Of a DNA stretch of 64,000 bases, positions 1 to 11,589 are shown one piece after another (the first letter of the stretch is position 1; the number at the start of each line of letters is the position of its first letter). Position numbers and translations under genes: made by a program. Origin of the DNA: Phycisphaerae bacterium (GTDB lineage Bacteria; Planctomycetota; Phycisphaerae; UBA1845; UTPLA1); contig JAXMAO010000008.1 in the NCBI GenBank assembly GCA_046350375.1, positions 416 through 64,415 on the forward strand, read 5' to 3'. Under the pieces are notes generated by a model that was not told the origin of the DNA, searched no databases, and saw only the letters and a program-made list of their open reading frames with translations.

Positions 1-455
1 ATGACGATCATGTCCGGCGGGTTCGGAGAATTGCTGTCGTATTGGATTATCCACGCCGCCGGGTTGCCGCAGGCATAGGCGACCTGGTTCAGCGAGTCCA
101 GCGGCTGGCCGTCGACGCACAGACACTGACCGTTCGGCCAGAAGAGGTCGAACTCACTCTGAAGAAAGTAGCTGCTCGGGACGATCTTGGCCGAGTAACT
201 CGGCGCGAGTTGATTGTTGATCGTGCAGACGATGTTGGCGACGAGCCGATCGGAGTCTTCGGCGTTGCAGGGCACGGTGACTGCCGCCGCCGGCGTGCTG
301 TTGCAGGCGTTGGGGCAGGTTACGAAGCGAATCTCGAGGTTGCCGCCCGCCGGCGGGTCGCTTGCGCCGACGATGATGCGGATCGAGCCGGCCTGCGCGG
401 TCGCGGCGACTACCAGAGTGACGAGGGCGGGAAGGAATCGACGGGCGGGATTCAT
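1..455 (-). CDS. secreted hypothetical protein, 5' part only (gene runs off the left edge of the window)
   Basis: Own reverse-complement translation from ATG at complement 453..455: MNPARRFLPALVTLVVAATAQAGSIRIIVGASDPPAGGNLEIRFVTCPNACNSTPAAAVTVPCN... It stays open down to base 1. It has a Sec-type signal peptide, a Cys-rich mature part, and third codon positions that are almost all G/C. It is not in the supplied track because it is open-ended. Preferred over + strand ORF 42..551. Confidence 0.55.
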   Translation of the reverse strand, partial: MNPARRFLPALVTLVVAATAQAGSIRIIVGASDPPAGGNLEIRFVTCPNACNSTPAAAVTVPCNAEDSDRLVANIVCTINNQLAPSYSAKIVPSSYFLQSEFDLFWPNGQCLCVDGQPLDSLNQVAYACGNPAAWIIQYDSNSPNPPDMIV

Positions 456-586
456 GACATGGACCTCCTGTTCAGACACGGTGTGTGCTGGTACATGGCT
501 GGAACCGGGCAGGGCTGGACACGAACCCGGCCCGGAACTAGAATCAGGTGAGGGTTGCATGGGTTGATCCCCTGGGGCTTGTGAAC

Positions 587-1885
587 ATGAGAAGACACTG
601 GAGCGGCGTGTTTCTGCTGGCGCCCATGTTGGGAACCAGTAGCATTTCCCGTGCCGGTGAGGCCCGTTTTCTTGCCTTGGGTGACTTGCCGGGCAGTGTT
701 TTTGACAGCGAAGGACAGGGAGTCTCGAACGGCGGCAGAGTGGTTGTGGGGCGTTGCAACCCTGAGAAAGGGGGTGAGGCCTTTCGGTGGACCGCCGAGA
801 CCGGCATGATCGGCCTGGGTGACCTGCCGGGGGGCGCTTTCGACAGTTGGGCCTACGACGTCTCCGCCGACGGCAGCGTCGTGGGCGGCCAGGGGACGAC
901 CCCCGGCGGCGGGCCGTTTCGCTGGACCGAAGCGACCGGCATGATCAGCCTCGGCGGCATTCCCGGCTCCGGGACGGGCGCGCAGTACGGCGGCCTCTCG
1001 GCCGACGGCACGACCGTGGTCGGCTGGGGCAATTCGCTCATTGCGGGTCAAGATGTCGCTTTTCGCTGGCGGGCCGACACCGGCATGGTCACGCTCGGCA
1101 CGCTGCTCGGGGACCAATATCCCAACACCAGCACCGCCTACGCCGTCAACGCCGACGGCAGCGTGGTCGTCGGCCGATCCAGCTCCATCCATGGCGGAGA
1201 GCCGATGCGCTGGAGCGAGACCGGCGGCATGATCGGCCTGGGGCGCATCCCCGGCGCGGCCTACGGCGGCGTCGCCCTGGCCGTCTCGAGCGACGGCTCG
1301 GTCGTCGTCGGCCAGGCCAACGGCATCGCCGGCGGCGAGGCCTTCCGCTGGACGGCCGAAACCGGCATGATCGGCCTGGGCGACCTGCCCGGCGGCATCT
1401 TCCGCAGCGGCGCGCTGGGCATCTCCGGCGACGGCTCGATCGTCGTCGGGCAGGCCCGCATCGACAGCCCGATCGGCATTCCGGGCGGCATTACCACCGC
1501 GATGATCTGGGACGCGCCGCACGGCATGCGGCAGCTCGAGGCGGCGCTCGTGCAGGACTACGGCCTGGCGCTGCCCGGCTGGTGGCTCTACGCCGCCACC
1601 GCCGTCTCGCAGGACGGCCTCGCCATCGTCGGCTGGGGCAAGAACCCGCAGGGCAACCAGGAGGCCTTCCTCGTCCTCCTGCCCGAACCGACCAGCGCCG
1701 GCCTGCTCGCCAGCGCGGCGCTGCTCTTGCGCCGCCGAGCGCGAACGACGAAATCGCGCGTTTGCCGTCGCGGCGCGCCGGAATGCCCGTCGTCTACCCG
1801 AACCGCCCGCGCTCGCGCGGCGCGCCGGGTGTCAGCAGCGGCAACTGGTAGTCGCCCATGTAGCCCTTCTGCTGGAAGTGTTTGA
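587..1885 (+). CDS. HAF-family extracellular repeat protein with PEP-CTERM sorting signal
   Basis: ORF 548..1885; ATG at 587 gives signal peptide MRRHWSGVFLLAPMLGTSSISRA. Six to seven tandem ~45-aa repeats of the type GGxAFRWTxxTGMxxLGxLPGG...VSxDGSVVVG (HAF repeat, TIGR02913-like, by eye). Near the C-terminus, LLPEPTSAGLLASAALLLRRRAR gives a PEP motif, a hydrophobic helix and an Arg cluster. The ~50 codons after the Arg cluster overlap convergent gene 1794..2987 and have poorer codon bias. Confidence 0.8.
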   Translation: MRRHWSGVFLLAPMLGTSSISRAGEARFLALGDLPGSVFDSEGQGVSNGGRVVVGRCNPEKGGEAFRWTAETGMIGLGDLPGGAFDSWAYDVSADGSVVGGQGTTPGGGPFRWTEATGMISLGGIPGSGTGAQYGGLSADGTTVVGWGNSLIAGQDVAFRWRADTGMVTLGTLLGDQYPNTSTAYAVNADGSVVVGRSSSIHGGEPMRWSETGGMIGLGRIPGAAYGGVALAVSSDGSVVVGQANGIAGGEAFRWTAETGMIGLGDLPGGIFRSGALGISGDGSIVVGQARIDSPIGIPGGITTAMIWDAPHGMRQLEAALVQDYGLALPGWWLYAATAVSQDGLAIVGWGKNPQGNQEAFLVLLPEPTSAGLLASAALLLRRRARTTKSRVCRRGAPECPSSTRTARARAARRVSAAATGSRPCSPSAGSV

Positions 1886-2987
1886 ACAGCTCATCGACCG
1901 AGCGAAAGACGCGCGTGGCCGTCTCGGTCACAAACGGGCTCGGCTCGACCCGCGGCCGCCAGATCACGTACACCTCTTTCGTGGTCTCGAACGCGTGCTG
2001 CAACTCGCGCTCGACGCCGCTCGACAGCCCGGGCGTGCCCGACGGCAGCTCGGGAATGTAGCTCACGATCATGTCCGATTGGTCGATCAGCTTGAAGTCG
2101 CGGGCGTAGATCTGCCCGTCGATGTCGCGCGCCACGCTGGTCACGTCGGGCACGCGGAAGTCGACCGGCCGGCCGTTGACGTCGAGCGTGATCGTGTCGC
2201 GCCCGGACTTGGTGGCCTCGCCGGCCTCGAACAGCAGCCGCTTCTCGTCGAGGTCGCCGGGGTCGAAACAGATGAAGTGCTCGGCCAGCGCGGCGCGGAA
2301 GCCGTCGATTTCGGCCAGCACGTCGGGCATCTTCATGACGTGCGTCATGGGGAACGACGGGTAGATCTTCTTGCGCTGCGGCTCGAACATGAGGCGGTAG
2401 AGCGACTCGGCGGTGTTGGCATCCTGCCCGCGGGCGAGCACGTAGTACGAACCGTGCCCGCGCAGCGCGTGCGAGAGAATCTCGGTCGCGAGGATCTCCT
2501 CCTCGCGCCACACCATGATGTCCTTAAGCGTGTGCGGCACGTCGTGATCGCGCACCAGCCGCTCGTGCACGGCGTCGACGTTGTCGACCAGCGTGACGTA
2601 GAGGTCGGCGTCGAAGGCGGTCATCTGGTCCCAGTCATACGCCTCGAACAGCCCGTGCTTCCAGCGGAAGGTGGCGTGCGTGTTGAGGATGATGAACTCG
2701 GAGCGCTCGGCTTCGCTCAGCAGGTCTTTGAAGACCGCGCGGCGCAGTGAGTTCAGCCGGGCGCGCGGCAGATCGAGAATGCGCCCGCGAACGATGTCGG
2801 GCGCTTCGGTGTACATGCGATCGCCGACGTGAAACAGCTTCACGTCGCGGCCGCGCTGTCGCGCCACCTGGGCGACCTTTTCGAGGAACGGTTTTTTTTC
2901 GACGCCGACCTGGCCGGTCACGACGACGCGACAGCCGGGCCGGGGGGTGCCGTTGAAGAGCGATTCGGGTTTCTTGATGGGGGTCAT
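1794..2987 (-). CDS. two-domain protein: archaeal-adenylate-kinase-like domain (degenerate P-loop) fused to a nucleoside 2-deoxyribosyltransferase-like domain
   Basis: 397-aa ORF with strong G/C third-position bias. The N-terminal half (VVVTGQVGVEKKPF...FIILNTHATFRWKHG...DIMVWREEEILATE) resembles AdkA-type kinases but lacks GK[ST]. The C-terminal half (KIYPSFPM...DFKLIDQSDMIVSY...SSGVERELQHA...KEVYVIW) resembles the NDT-like Rossmann fold. Family assignment is by eye only. Confidence 0.7.
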   Translation of the reverse strand: MTPIKKPESLFNGTPRPGCRVVVTGQVGVEKKPFLEKVAQVARQRGRDVKLFHVGDRMYTEAPDIVRGRILDLPRARLNSLRRAVFKDLLSEAERSEFIILNTHATFRWKHGLFEAYDWDQMTAFDADLYVTLVDNVDAVHERLVRDHDVPHTLKDIMVWREEEILATEILSHALRGHGSYYVLARGQDANTAESLYRLMFEPQRKKIYPSFPMTHVMKMPDVLAEIDGFRAALAEHFICFDPGDLDEKRLLFEAGEATKSGRDTITLDVNGRPVDFRVPDVTSVARDIDGQIYARDFKLIDQSDMIVSYIPELPSGTPGLSSGVERELQHAFETTKEVYVIWRPRVEPSPFVTETATRVFRSVDELFKHFQQKGYMGDYQLPLLTPGAPRERGRFG

Positions 2988-3316
2988 TCGGGCCTCCGAT
3001 CAGTCCAGCGTATTCGGGCGGTAGGGGGCAATCAATCGGCTGCGCACCGGCTGCGCTGCGGCTGGTGCTTGGTCGGGGTTTGGTGCGGAACAGTCTGGGC
3101 CTGCATCGGGGTGCCGAGGGAAGTTTGACGACGTTTCGGGGCAGGAACGCCAGCGCACGTAAATGTTTACCAAATAGAGACTTAAGGCTGTCCTCGCGGC
3201 GGGCTTGAACTTTGGCCGATGGGCGTTAGTCTCTCCGGGCTGCGCAGAGGGTCGGCGGGCCGAATTGCGTGGCGGATGAGTGACGGTTGGACGGAAAGTT
3301 GGCCGTATTTTTCCGG

Positions 3317-3344
3317 TTGACAGCCCCACACCCGCCTGTACAGT
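3317..3344 (+). promoter_or_regulatory. candidate sigma70-type promoter for the 16S rRNA gene
   Basis: TTGACA (3317..3322), a 16-nt spacer, then TACAGT (3339..3344), about 310 nt upstream of the 16S 5' end in a relatively AT-richer leader. The spacer also forms an 8-bp inverted repeat (ccccacac/gtgtgggg). A weaker second TTGACA lies at 3442..3447. Confidence 0.35.
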
Positions 3345-3653
3345 GTGGGGCTCGCCGTGCGGGCGACTGAGCCGGTGAAAAGGCTCGGCGGACGCGTCGG
3401 CGGGGTCGGTTTCGGCGGAGAGTCGAGGCCGGCACAGCTCTTTGACAAGTGAACAGGGATCGCCGCAAGAACGTGAGTCCTGCTGGTGGGCGTGGTGTGC
3501 CCGCCGGCGGGTCAATGATCGGGAGCCGTCCGCTGGTCGGACGGGACCTGGTCGATCGGCGTGGCCGGATCCGCAAGGGTCTGGAGGCGCTGATGTTTGA
3601 GTAAACCATCCCGCCGGGTGGCCTGAACGGGCTATCTGGCGTGAGTCAGCAAA

Positions 3654-5237
<1,584 letters not shown>

Positions 5238-5567
5238 GGGATTTCCTAGAACGATCCGGCCTTTCGAGGTCGAATCGATTCTGTCAGCACGCTCTTGGTC
5301 GCCCTTTCAGGGCGACGCGCCCGCCGGCAACGACGGCCCGACGATCCCTGTTTTCTTTTTGTATTCCACGATCAGCTTCATCAGCCACCGGCGACCATCG
5401 CCGGCGGCTGATGCTGCGCGCGCACCGTCTCCACGGGACGATTGCCCCGCGCGCGGGCGGATGGTTCGTGCGGGCAAGCCACCCGCGCCGGTCGGCTGGA
5501 ATCGCGGGCGTGCTGTTCGGTCCGCGCGCGACTAAGATACCAGGTCGGCTGGACGTGGCGTCGTGCG

Positions 5568-6113
5568 ATGAGACCGACCACTCGAACCATTCTCTGTCAC
5601 AAGCTGCGATACGCCCTCTCTGGACCGCGCCCCACTCTGTTGCAGGCGGTGCGCATGACGTTCAGGCGGTCGAGCAACGCCATCGCCGCGAGCGGCACGC
5701 CGCGATGGCTTCTCTACTTCGCAACATTCGCGTGGCTGTACCGCGCATTCGTGCGGCCCGGGGCAAGCGAAACGCCGATCGAGTGGGTCGCCGGGCTGCT
5801 GCTCCTGGCGCCTATCGGCATGTTCCTTCTGGATGGCGTCTGCGGCTGGCTGGAGTTTGGTTGGCGCGCGCGGCCGATTCCCACACTGGCCGACTTCATC
5901 GCCTGCTTCCGCCGCCTGACGGCGCTGGAACCGGACCGCACTTGCTGTTCGGAAATCGAGTTGGCGATTTTCGTCATCAGCCTGAGCGCTGTCGTGTGGT
6001 TCAGTGATCACATGACGCTTTGCCCGATCGTGTGCTGGCTGCTGGTAGGCGTGAGCTGGCTGGTGGCGCGGGGCCGAACTCGACGGGCGGGGCCGATTCA
6101 TCACGCGACCTAG
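5568..6113 (+). CDS. hypothetical small membrane protein
   Basis: ORF 5442..6113, with the first ATG in good context at 5568. It has three to four hydrophobic helices (WLLYFATFAWLY, WVAGLLLLAPIGMFLL, LAIFVISLSAVVWF, IVCWLLVGVSWLV). Codon bias is only moderate and no family was recognised. Confidence 0.35.
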   Translation: MRPTTRTILCHKLRYALSGPRPTLLQAVRMTFRRSSNAIAASGTPRWLLYFATFAWLYRAFVRPGASETPIEWVAGLLLLAPIGMFLLDGVCGWLEFGWRARPIPTLADFIACFRRLTALEPDRTCCSEIELAIFVISLSAVVWFSDHMTLCPIVCWLLVGVSWLVARGRTRRAGPIHHAT

Positions 6114-6178
6114 CCCGCTGGACTGACTCCTTTCGCGCGCTGTGAACCGCGGCCGCGCGGTCGAAGAATCCGCCTACA

Positions 6179-7003
6179 ATGTCGGGCGTGTCCACGCTTC
6201 CCGCACCGCAGACCGGCTCCGTGCTGCCTGCATCGGCAAACCTGGCCTCCGAGCCGGCCAGCCGTGCCGGTGCGCCGATCGGCTGGGATGCGCAGCGCCT
6301 TTCCGATCCGCACGGTCAGCCCGACAAGGCGGCCCGCGTGCAGGCGATGTTCGACGCCATCGCGCCCACCTACGAACGGGTGAACCGCGTGGCGTCGGCC
6401 GGGCGGGATCGCGCGTGGCGGCGCCGCGCGGTGGCGCTGGCGGCCGTGCGGCCGGACGACGTGGTGCTCGACGTTGCGTGCGGCACGGGCGACCTGGTGC
6501 GTGGATTCGCGGCGGCCGGCGCGCGGCGCGTGGTGGGGCTGGACTTCGCCGCGGGAATGCTGCGGCTGGCGGCCGATCGACCGGCGGCGCGGGCGGCGTG
6601 GTGTCGGGCGGATGCGTTGCGGCTGCCGTTCGCGGCGGGGTCGTTTTCGATTGCGAGCTGCGCGTTCGGGGTGCGGAACTTCGCCGAGCTGTCGGCGGGG
6701 CTGGCGGAGATGTCCCGCGTGCTTCGGCCGGGCGGACGCGTCGTGGTCTTAGAGTTTGCGCTGCCGGGCAACCGGTTGATCCGGGCGGTGTACCAGGCGT
6801 ACTTTCAACGGGTGCTGCCGCGGCTGGGGGCGTGGCTGTCGGGCGACGCGACCGGCGCGTACCGCTACCTGCCGCGGTCGGTCAGCCATTTCGCCGGGCC
6901 GGAGGAACTGTCGGCAGCGCTCGGCCGCGCGGGGTTCGAGCGGCTGACGGCGCACGCGCTGACGCTGGGCGTGGCGTACGTTCACATCGGATACAAGCCA
7001 TGA
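6179..7003 (+). CDS. ubiE: demethylmenaquinone/ubiquinone C-methyltransferase (UbiE/MenG family)
   Basis: 274-aa ORF: ...VQAMFDAIAPTYERVNRV...WRRRAV..., SAM motif VVLDVACGTGD, LPFAAGSFS..., MSRVLRPGGRVVVLEF, YRYLPRSV. This is the typical UbiE/MenG pattern. Confidence 0.9.
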   Translation: MSGVSTLPAPQTGSVLPASANLASEPASRAGAPIGWDAQRLSDPHGQPDKAARVQAMFDAIAPTYERVNRVASAGRDRAWRRRAVALAAVRPDDVVLDVACGTGDLVRGFAAAGARRVVGLDFAAGMLRLAADRPAARAAWCRADALRLPFAAGSFSIASCAFGVRNFAELSAGLAEMSRVLRPGGRVVVLEFALPGNRLIRAVYQAYFQRVLPRLGAWLSGDATGAYRYLPRSVSHFAGPEELSAALGRAGFERLTAHALTLGVAYVHIGYKP

Positions 7004-7046
7004 GCGGCGCGGCGGGACAACGGCGCGGGGCCGGAGCGGGCGCGGC

Positions 7047-8906
7047 ATGAGTCGGCGGCTGGAACGATTTCGGGCGCGGCGGGAAGAGGCGTGGGTGGAC
7101 GTCTGGACGCGGACGTCGCCGAAGTATCGCATTCGCGCGGTGCTGCTGCTGGTAGTGACGGGGCTGCTCTTTGCGGGGTTGTGCGTGTTTGCGTTCTGGC
7201 TGCGGACGGGGGCGTACACGCCGTGGCGGTTCTCGGGCTATTGGCCGCTGCTGGGGCAGTCGTTCAATCCGGTCGGGGCGAACCAGATCACGCTGGTGGA
7301 CTTCCTGCTGTTTCCGATCAGCGTGGACGACGTGCCGATCCAGATTCTCATCATGGGGCTGCTTTTGGCGTCGCTGGCGTCGGTGCCGATCCTGGTGACG
7401 ATTCTCTACCGGCTGCCGTGCGGGCTGGTGTTCTGCACGATGATTGCCGGGCTGGCGCTGATGCCGTGGTACGGCGCGACGATTGCGCTGGGGTGCGTGG
7501 TGGCGTCGGGGCGGCTGGTGAAGCTGCGTTTTCGATACGCGCTGGCGATCCTGGGGCTGCTGCCGGTGGTGGTCTATTTCATTTCGGCGACGCGCCGGCC
7601 GCAGAGCGCCTTTGCGGCGGCGACGACGTTCGGCTCGAAGCTGTATCTGCCGTGGGTGCTGGCGGTGCTGGGTTCGTGCGTGATCTGCGGCGTGGCGCTG
7701 TGGATCGCGCGGATCATTCAATATCGCCCGGGCGGCATCGCGCCGGTGCTGGCGGTCTTGTTTGCGCTGCCGGTGGTGCTGTTTCACTCGCAGGTGGGGC
7801 GTGACGAGCTGGAGTATCGGCTGCTGGAGTACGAGTTCGGGCCGAACAGCGCCACGCGCTTTGTCGACGACGACCTGCGGGTGCGCGAGACGAAGGTGGC
7901 CGAGCGCCAATGGAAGGAGTCGAAGGACCGGCTGTTTGCGTCGGTGCTGCGGCGGCGGATCGAGCAGCAGTCCGAGGCGGCGTTCGACCAGCTGGCGGAG
8001 GACCGGGCGGCCGGCGTGGCGGCGTGCGACGAGTTCATGGCGAACTTCAAGGAGTCGCGCTACGTGCCGTGCGTGCTGCTGCTGAAGGGTCGCGCGATGG
8101 ACCTGTCGATCGACGAGTCGGCGCTGGCGCGGTGGGATCGCATCGAGCACGTCTGGTCGATGCCGTCGGAGCGGGCCCGCTCGGTCTGGCAGTCGCTGGC
8201 GAACAAGTATCCCGAGAGCGATCCGGCGGCGGTGGCGCTCAACCGGCTGGCGATCTACGCGATCCGCGAGAGCCGGTTCGGCGATGCCGAGACGCTGCTC
8301 AACACGCTGGTGGAGCGGTTCGACGCGCGCGGCGAAAGCGAGGTTCGCCGGGCCGATCGCAGCTCGTGGATGATGCGGCAGCCGGCGTGGAACGCGCTGG
8401 GGATCGATCTGCCGGCCGAGGTGCGCCAGGCGCGGCGGGCGATCGAGACGATCGCGTGCTGCAAGGCGGAACGGCCGACGCCGTTTGACGCGACCGCGCC
8501 GGACCTGGGCGCGCGGAGCGGCCCGGCGGTGCATCCGCTGGCGGCGCTCTACTCGCTCGATCCGCACCATCCGCTGTTTGGACAGCACCTGGCGGAGTTG
8601 GCGATCGGGTTTCCGTGGTCGGAGCTGCGGCCGGCGCTGGTGGCGCGGCAGGCGATTCTGGAGGAGTCGCCGGCGGCGCAGCTGGAGTGGCTGGCGCAGG
8701 AGTCGGCGGTGTGCAGCGGGCACGCGGGGTGTGCCGAGGTGCTGCTGCGGCAGGCCGAGGCGCTGCACGCGCTGTCGCGGTTCGCCGACGCGGGGCGGCT
8801 GTATGAGCAGGTGCGCGACGACTATCCCGGTTCGTGCTGGGCCGACGAGGCGCGCCAGCGGCTCGGGGCGCTGACGCTGCTGGGCAAGGGTCGGCCGGCG
8901 GCGTAA
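7047..8906 (+). CDS. polytopic membrane protein with C-terminal helical/TPR-like domain, unknown function
   Basis: 619-aa ORF with about eight hydrophobic helices in the first ~250 aa. A ~360-aa helical region follows, ending in a TPR-like stretch (AEVLLRQAEALHALSRFADAGRLYEQVRDDYPGSCWADEARQRL). Good codon bias. It sits between ubiE and ubiX. Confidence 0.7.
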   Translation: MSRRLERFRARREEAWVDVWTRTSPKYRIRAVLLLVVTGLLFAGLCVFAFWLRTGAYTPWRFSGYWPLLGQSFNPVGANQITLVDFLLFPISVDDVPIQILIMGLLLASLASVPILVTILYRLPCGLVFCTMIAGLALMPWYGATIALGCVVASGRLVKLRFRYALAILGLLPVVVYFISATRRPQSAFAAATTFGSKLYLPWVLAVLGSCVICGVALWIARIIQYRPGGIAPVLAVLFALPVVLFHSQVGRDELEYRLLEYEFGPNSATRFVDDDLRVRETKVAERQWKESKDRLFASVLRRRIEQQSEAAFDQLAEDRAAGVAACDEFMANFKESRYVPCVLLLKGRAMDLSIDESALARWDRIEHVWSMPSERARSVWQSLANKYPESDPAAVALNRLAIYAIRESRFGDAETLLNTLVERFDARGESEVRRADRSSWMMRQPAWNALGIDLPAEVRQARRAIETIACCKAERPTPFDATAPDLGARSGPAVHPLAALYSLDPHHPLFGQHLAELAIGFPWSELRPALVARQAILEESPAAQLEWLAQESAVCSGHAGCAEVLLRQAEALHALSRFADAGRLYEQVRDDYPGSCWADEARQRLGALTLLGKGRPAA

Positions 8907-8922
8907 CGGCGGAGGGAAGGCG

Positions 8923-9582
8923 ATGCAGCGGCGCGTGGTGGTGGGCATCACCGGGGCAAGCGGCGCGCTGTATGCGCGGCGACTGGTCGAGTGCCTGGCG
9001 GCCAGCGGCGCCGAAACGCACGTCATCGTCTCGCCGCACGGGCGACAGTTGCTGCGCGACGAGCTCGACCTCTCGGCCGTGGAGCCGCGCCTGTTGGCCG
9101 GACGGCACGCGGCGCAAGTGCAGGTGCATGGCTATCACGACCTGGGCGACCGGCTGGCGTCGGGGTCATATCTGACCGACGGGATGATTGTCTGCCCGGC
9201 GAGCGCCAACACGCTGGGCGAAATCGCGGCGGGGCTGGCGGGCAATCTCATCACGCGCGCGGCGCACGTTCATCTGAAGGAAGGTCGGCGGCTGGTGGTC
9301 GTGCCGCGCGAGATGCCGCTTTCGCGAATTGACCTGGAGAACCTGCTGCGGATCTCGCAGGCGGGGGGAATGGTCTGCCCGGCCGCGCCGGGGTTCTACA
9401 TGCGGCCGCGGACGCTGGAGGACCTGGCGGACTTCGTGGTGGGCAAGCTGCTGGACCTGGTGGGGGTGGAACACGCGCTAAAGGTGCGCTGGGGGCAGCC
9501 GCTGCCGAAGAAAGCGCGGCCGGCGCGGAAACCGATGCGCGCGGGGCGGAACCGGGGCGGGCGGGGTGCGCGACGGCGCTAG
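8923..9582 (+). CDS. ubiX: flavin prenyltransferase UbiX
   Basis: MQRRVVVGITGASGALYARRLVECL...MIVCPASANTLGEIAAGLAGNLITRAA...RRLVVVPREMPLS..NL. This is the canonical UbiX/Pad1 pattern, with a basic C-terminal tail. Confidence 0.9.
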   Translation: MQRRVVVGITGASGALYARRLVECLAASGAETHVIVSPHGRQLLRDELDLSAVEPRLLAGRHAAQVQVHGYHDLGDRLASGSYLTDGMIVCPASANTLGEIAAGLAGNLITRAAHVHLKEGRRLVVVPREMPLSRIDLENLLRISQAGGMVCPAAPGFYMRPRTLEDLADFVVGKLLDLVGVEHALKVRWGQPLPKKARPARKPMRAGRNRGGRGARRR

Positions 9583-10802
9583 TCGTGTCGCAGGGCCTCG
9601 ATGGGGTTGAGCTGGCTGGCGCGCTGGGCGGGCAGCCAGCCGAAGAAGACGCCGATCACCGCGGAAAAAGCGAACGAGCCGATGACGAGCCAGGCGGGCA
9701 TCTGGGCCTTCCAGCCGAAGCCATCGGAGATGGTGATCGCGCCGAGGATGCCGATTCCGATGCCGATCAGCCCGCCGAGGGTGGAGATGACGGCGGCCTC
9801 GATGAGGAACTGGCGGTTGATGGCGCCCTGGGTGGCGCCGATGGCCATGCGGATGCCGATCTCGCGGGTGCGCTCGGTGACGGCGACGAGCATGATGTTC
9901 ATGATGCCGATGCCGCCGACGACGAGGCTGACGCCGGCAATGCAGACCATGAGCAGGGTCATGACGTCGGAGGTATTGCGGGCGAGCTCGATCTTTTCCT
10001 TGAGGGTGGTGACGCCGAAGTCGTCCTCGTCGCCGGGGCCGAGGCGGTGGCGTTGGCGCAGGAGGGAGCGAATCTGGATGACGGCCAGCTCGACCACGTC
10101 GTCGGACTTGGCGGAGCAGATGAACGCGCCGGGCCGATCGAGCCCCATCACCTGTCGCAGGAGCACGTTGAGCGGGACGACGATGGTGTCGTCTTCGTCC
10201 TGGCCGAGCGGGTTGACGCCCTTCGAGTCGAGCATGCCGACGATCTTGAGCGGCACGTTGCCGACGCGGATGGACTCGTTGATCGGGTCGGCTCCGCCGA
10301 ACAGTTCGCGGCGGGTGGACTGGCCGATGAGGCAGACCTTGTTGCCCAGCGCGATGTCGCGCGGTTCGAGGTCGCGCCCGGCGACGATGTCCCAGGTGCG
10401 GATGGCGGTGTAGTTGTTGCCGACGCCGGTGACCCAGACTTTCCAGTTGGCGGTCTTGGTGACGGCGCGATATTCGGCGCGGTGGATCGGGCAGGAAAGG
10501 GCGACGGCGTCGCACTCGTCGGCGATGGCCAATGCGTCGGACTCGGTCAGGTTGGTGTAGAGCGCCGAGCCGCCGCGCAGGCTGGAGCGGGTCGGCGGCT
10601 TGCCGACCACGATGATCATGTTCTTGCCCTGCTTGGCGATGTCGCCTTCGATGCTCTTCTTAGCGCCCTGGACGACCGAGACGGTGATGATGACCGCCGA
10701 GACGCCGATGATGATGCCGACGGCGGTGAGTACGGAGCGGGTCTTGTGGCGGCGCAGCTCTCGCAGGGCGATTCGGCAACATTCAATCCAGAGGGCAAAC
10801 AT
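9579..10802 (-). CDS. ABC transporter permease, MacB/FtsX type
   Basis: 407 aa: LRELRRHKTRSVLTAVGIIIGVSAVI, then a large periplasmic loop, then the C-terminal FtsX helices (...TREIGIRMAIGATQGAINRQFLIEAAVIS...). Confidence 0.88.
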   Translation of the reverse strand: MFALWIECCRIALRELRRHKTRSVLTAVGIIIGVSAVIITVSVVQGAKKSIEGDIAKQGKNMIIVVGKPPTRSSLRGGSALYTNLTESDALAIADECDAVALSCPIHRAEYRAVTKTANWKVWVTGVGNNYTAIRTWDIVAGRDLEPRDIALGNKVCLIGQSTRRELFGGADPINESIRVGNVPLKIVGMLDSKGVNPLGQDEDDTIVVPLNVLLRQVMGLDRPGAFICSAKSDDVVELAVIQIRSLLRQRHRLGPGDEDDFGVTTLKEKIELARNTSDVMTLLMVCIAGVSLVVGGIGIMNIMLVAVTERTREIGIRMAIGATQGAINRQFLIEAAVISTLGGLIGIGIGILGAITISDGFGWKAQMPAWLVIGSFAFSAVIGVFFGWLPAQRASQLNPIEALRHD

Positions 10803-10829
10803 GGCTCAGCGGGCCTTTCAACAGCGACA

Positions 10830-11561
<732 letters not shown>

Positions 11562-11589
11562 GACGGTGTCCGCGTCCGCTTCGGGCCGA

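Noticed and set aside
42-551. 169-aa + strand ORF at the left edge of the window
   Set aside because: Its codon bias is poor. The opposite strand carries an open frame with a signal peptide and a strong G/C third-position bias (the partial gene 1..455), so this ORF is its antisense shadow.
6882-9026. 714-aa minus-strand ORF, extremely Arg/Pro/Gln-rich
   Set aside because: It is the antisense shadow of genes 7047..8906 and ubiX. Stop codons are rare opposite high-GC3 genes. It is a low-complexity Arg/Pro translation with no motifs.
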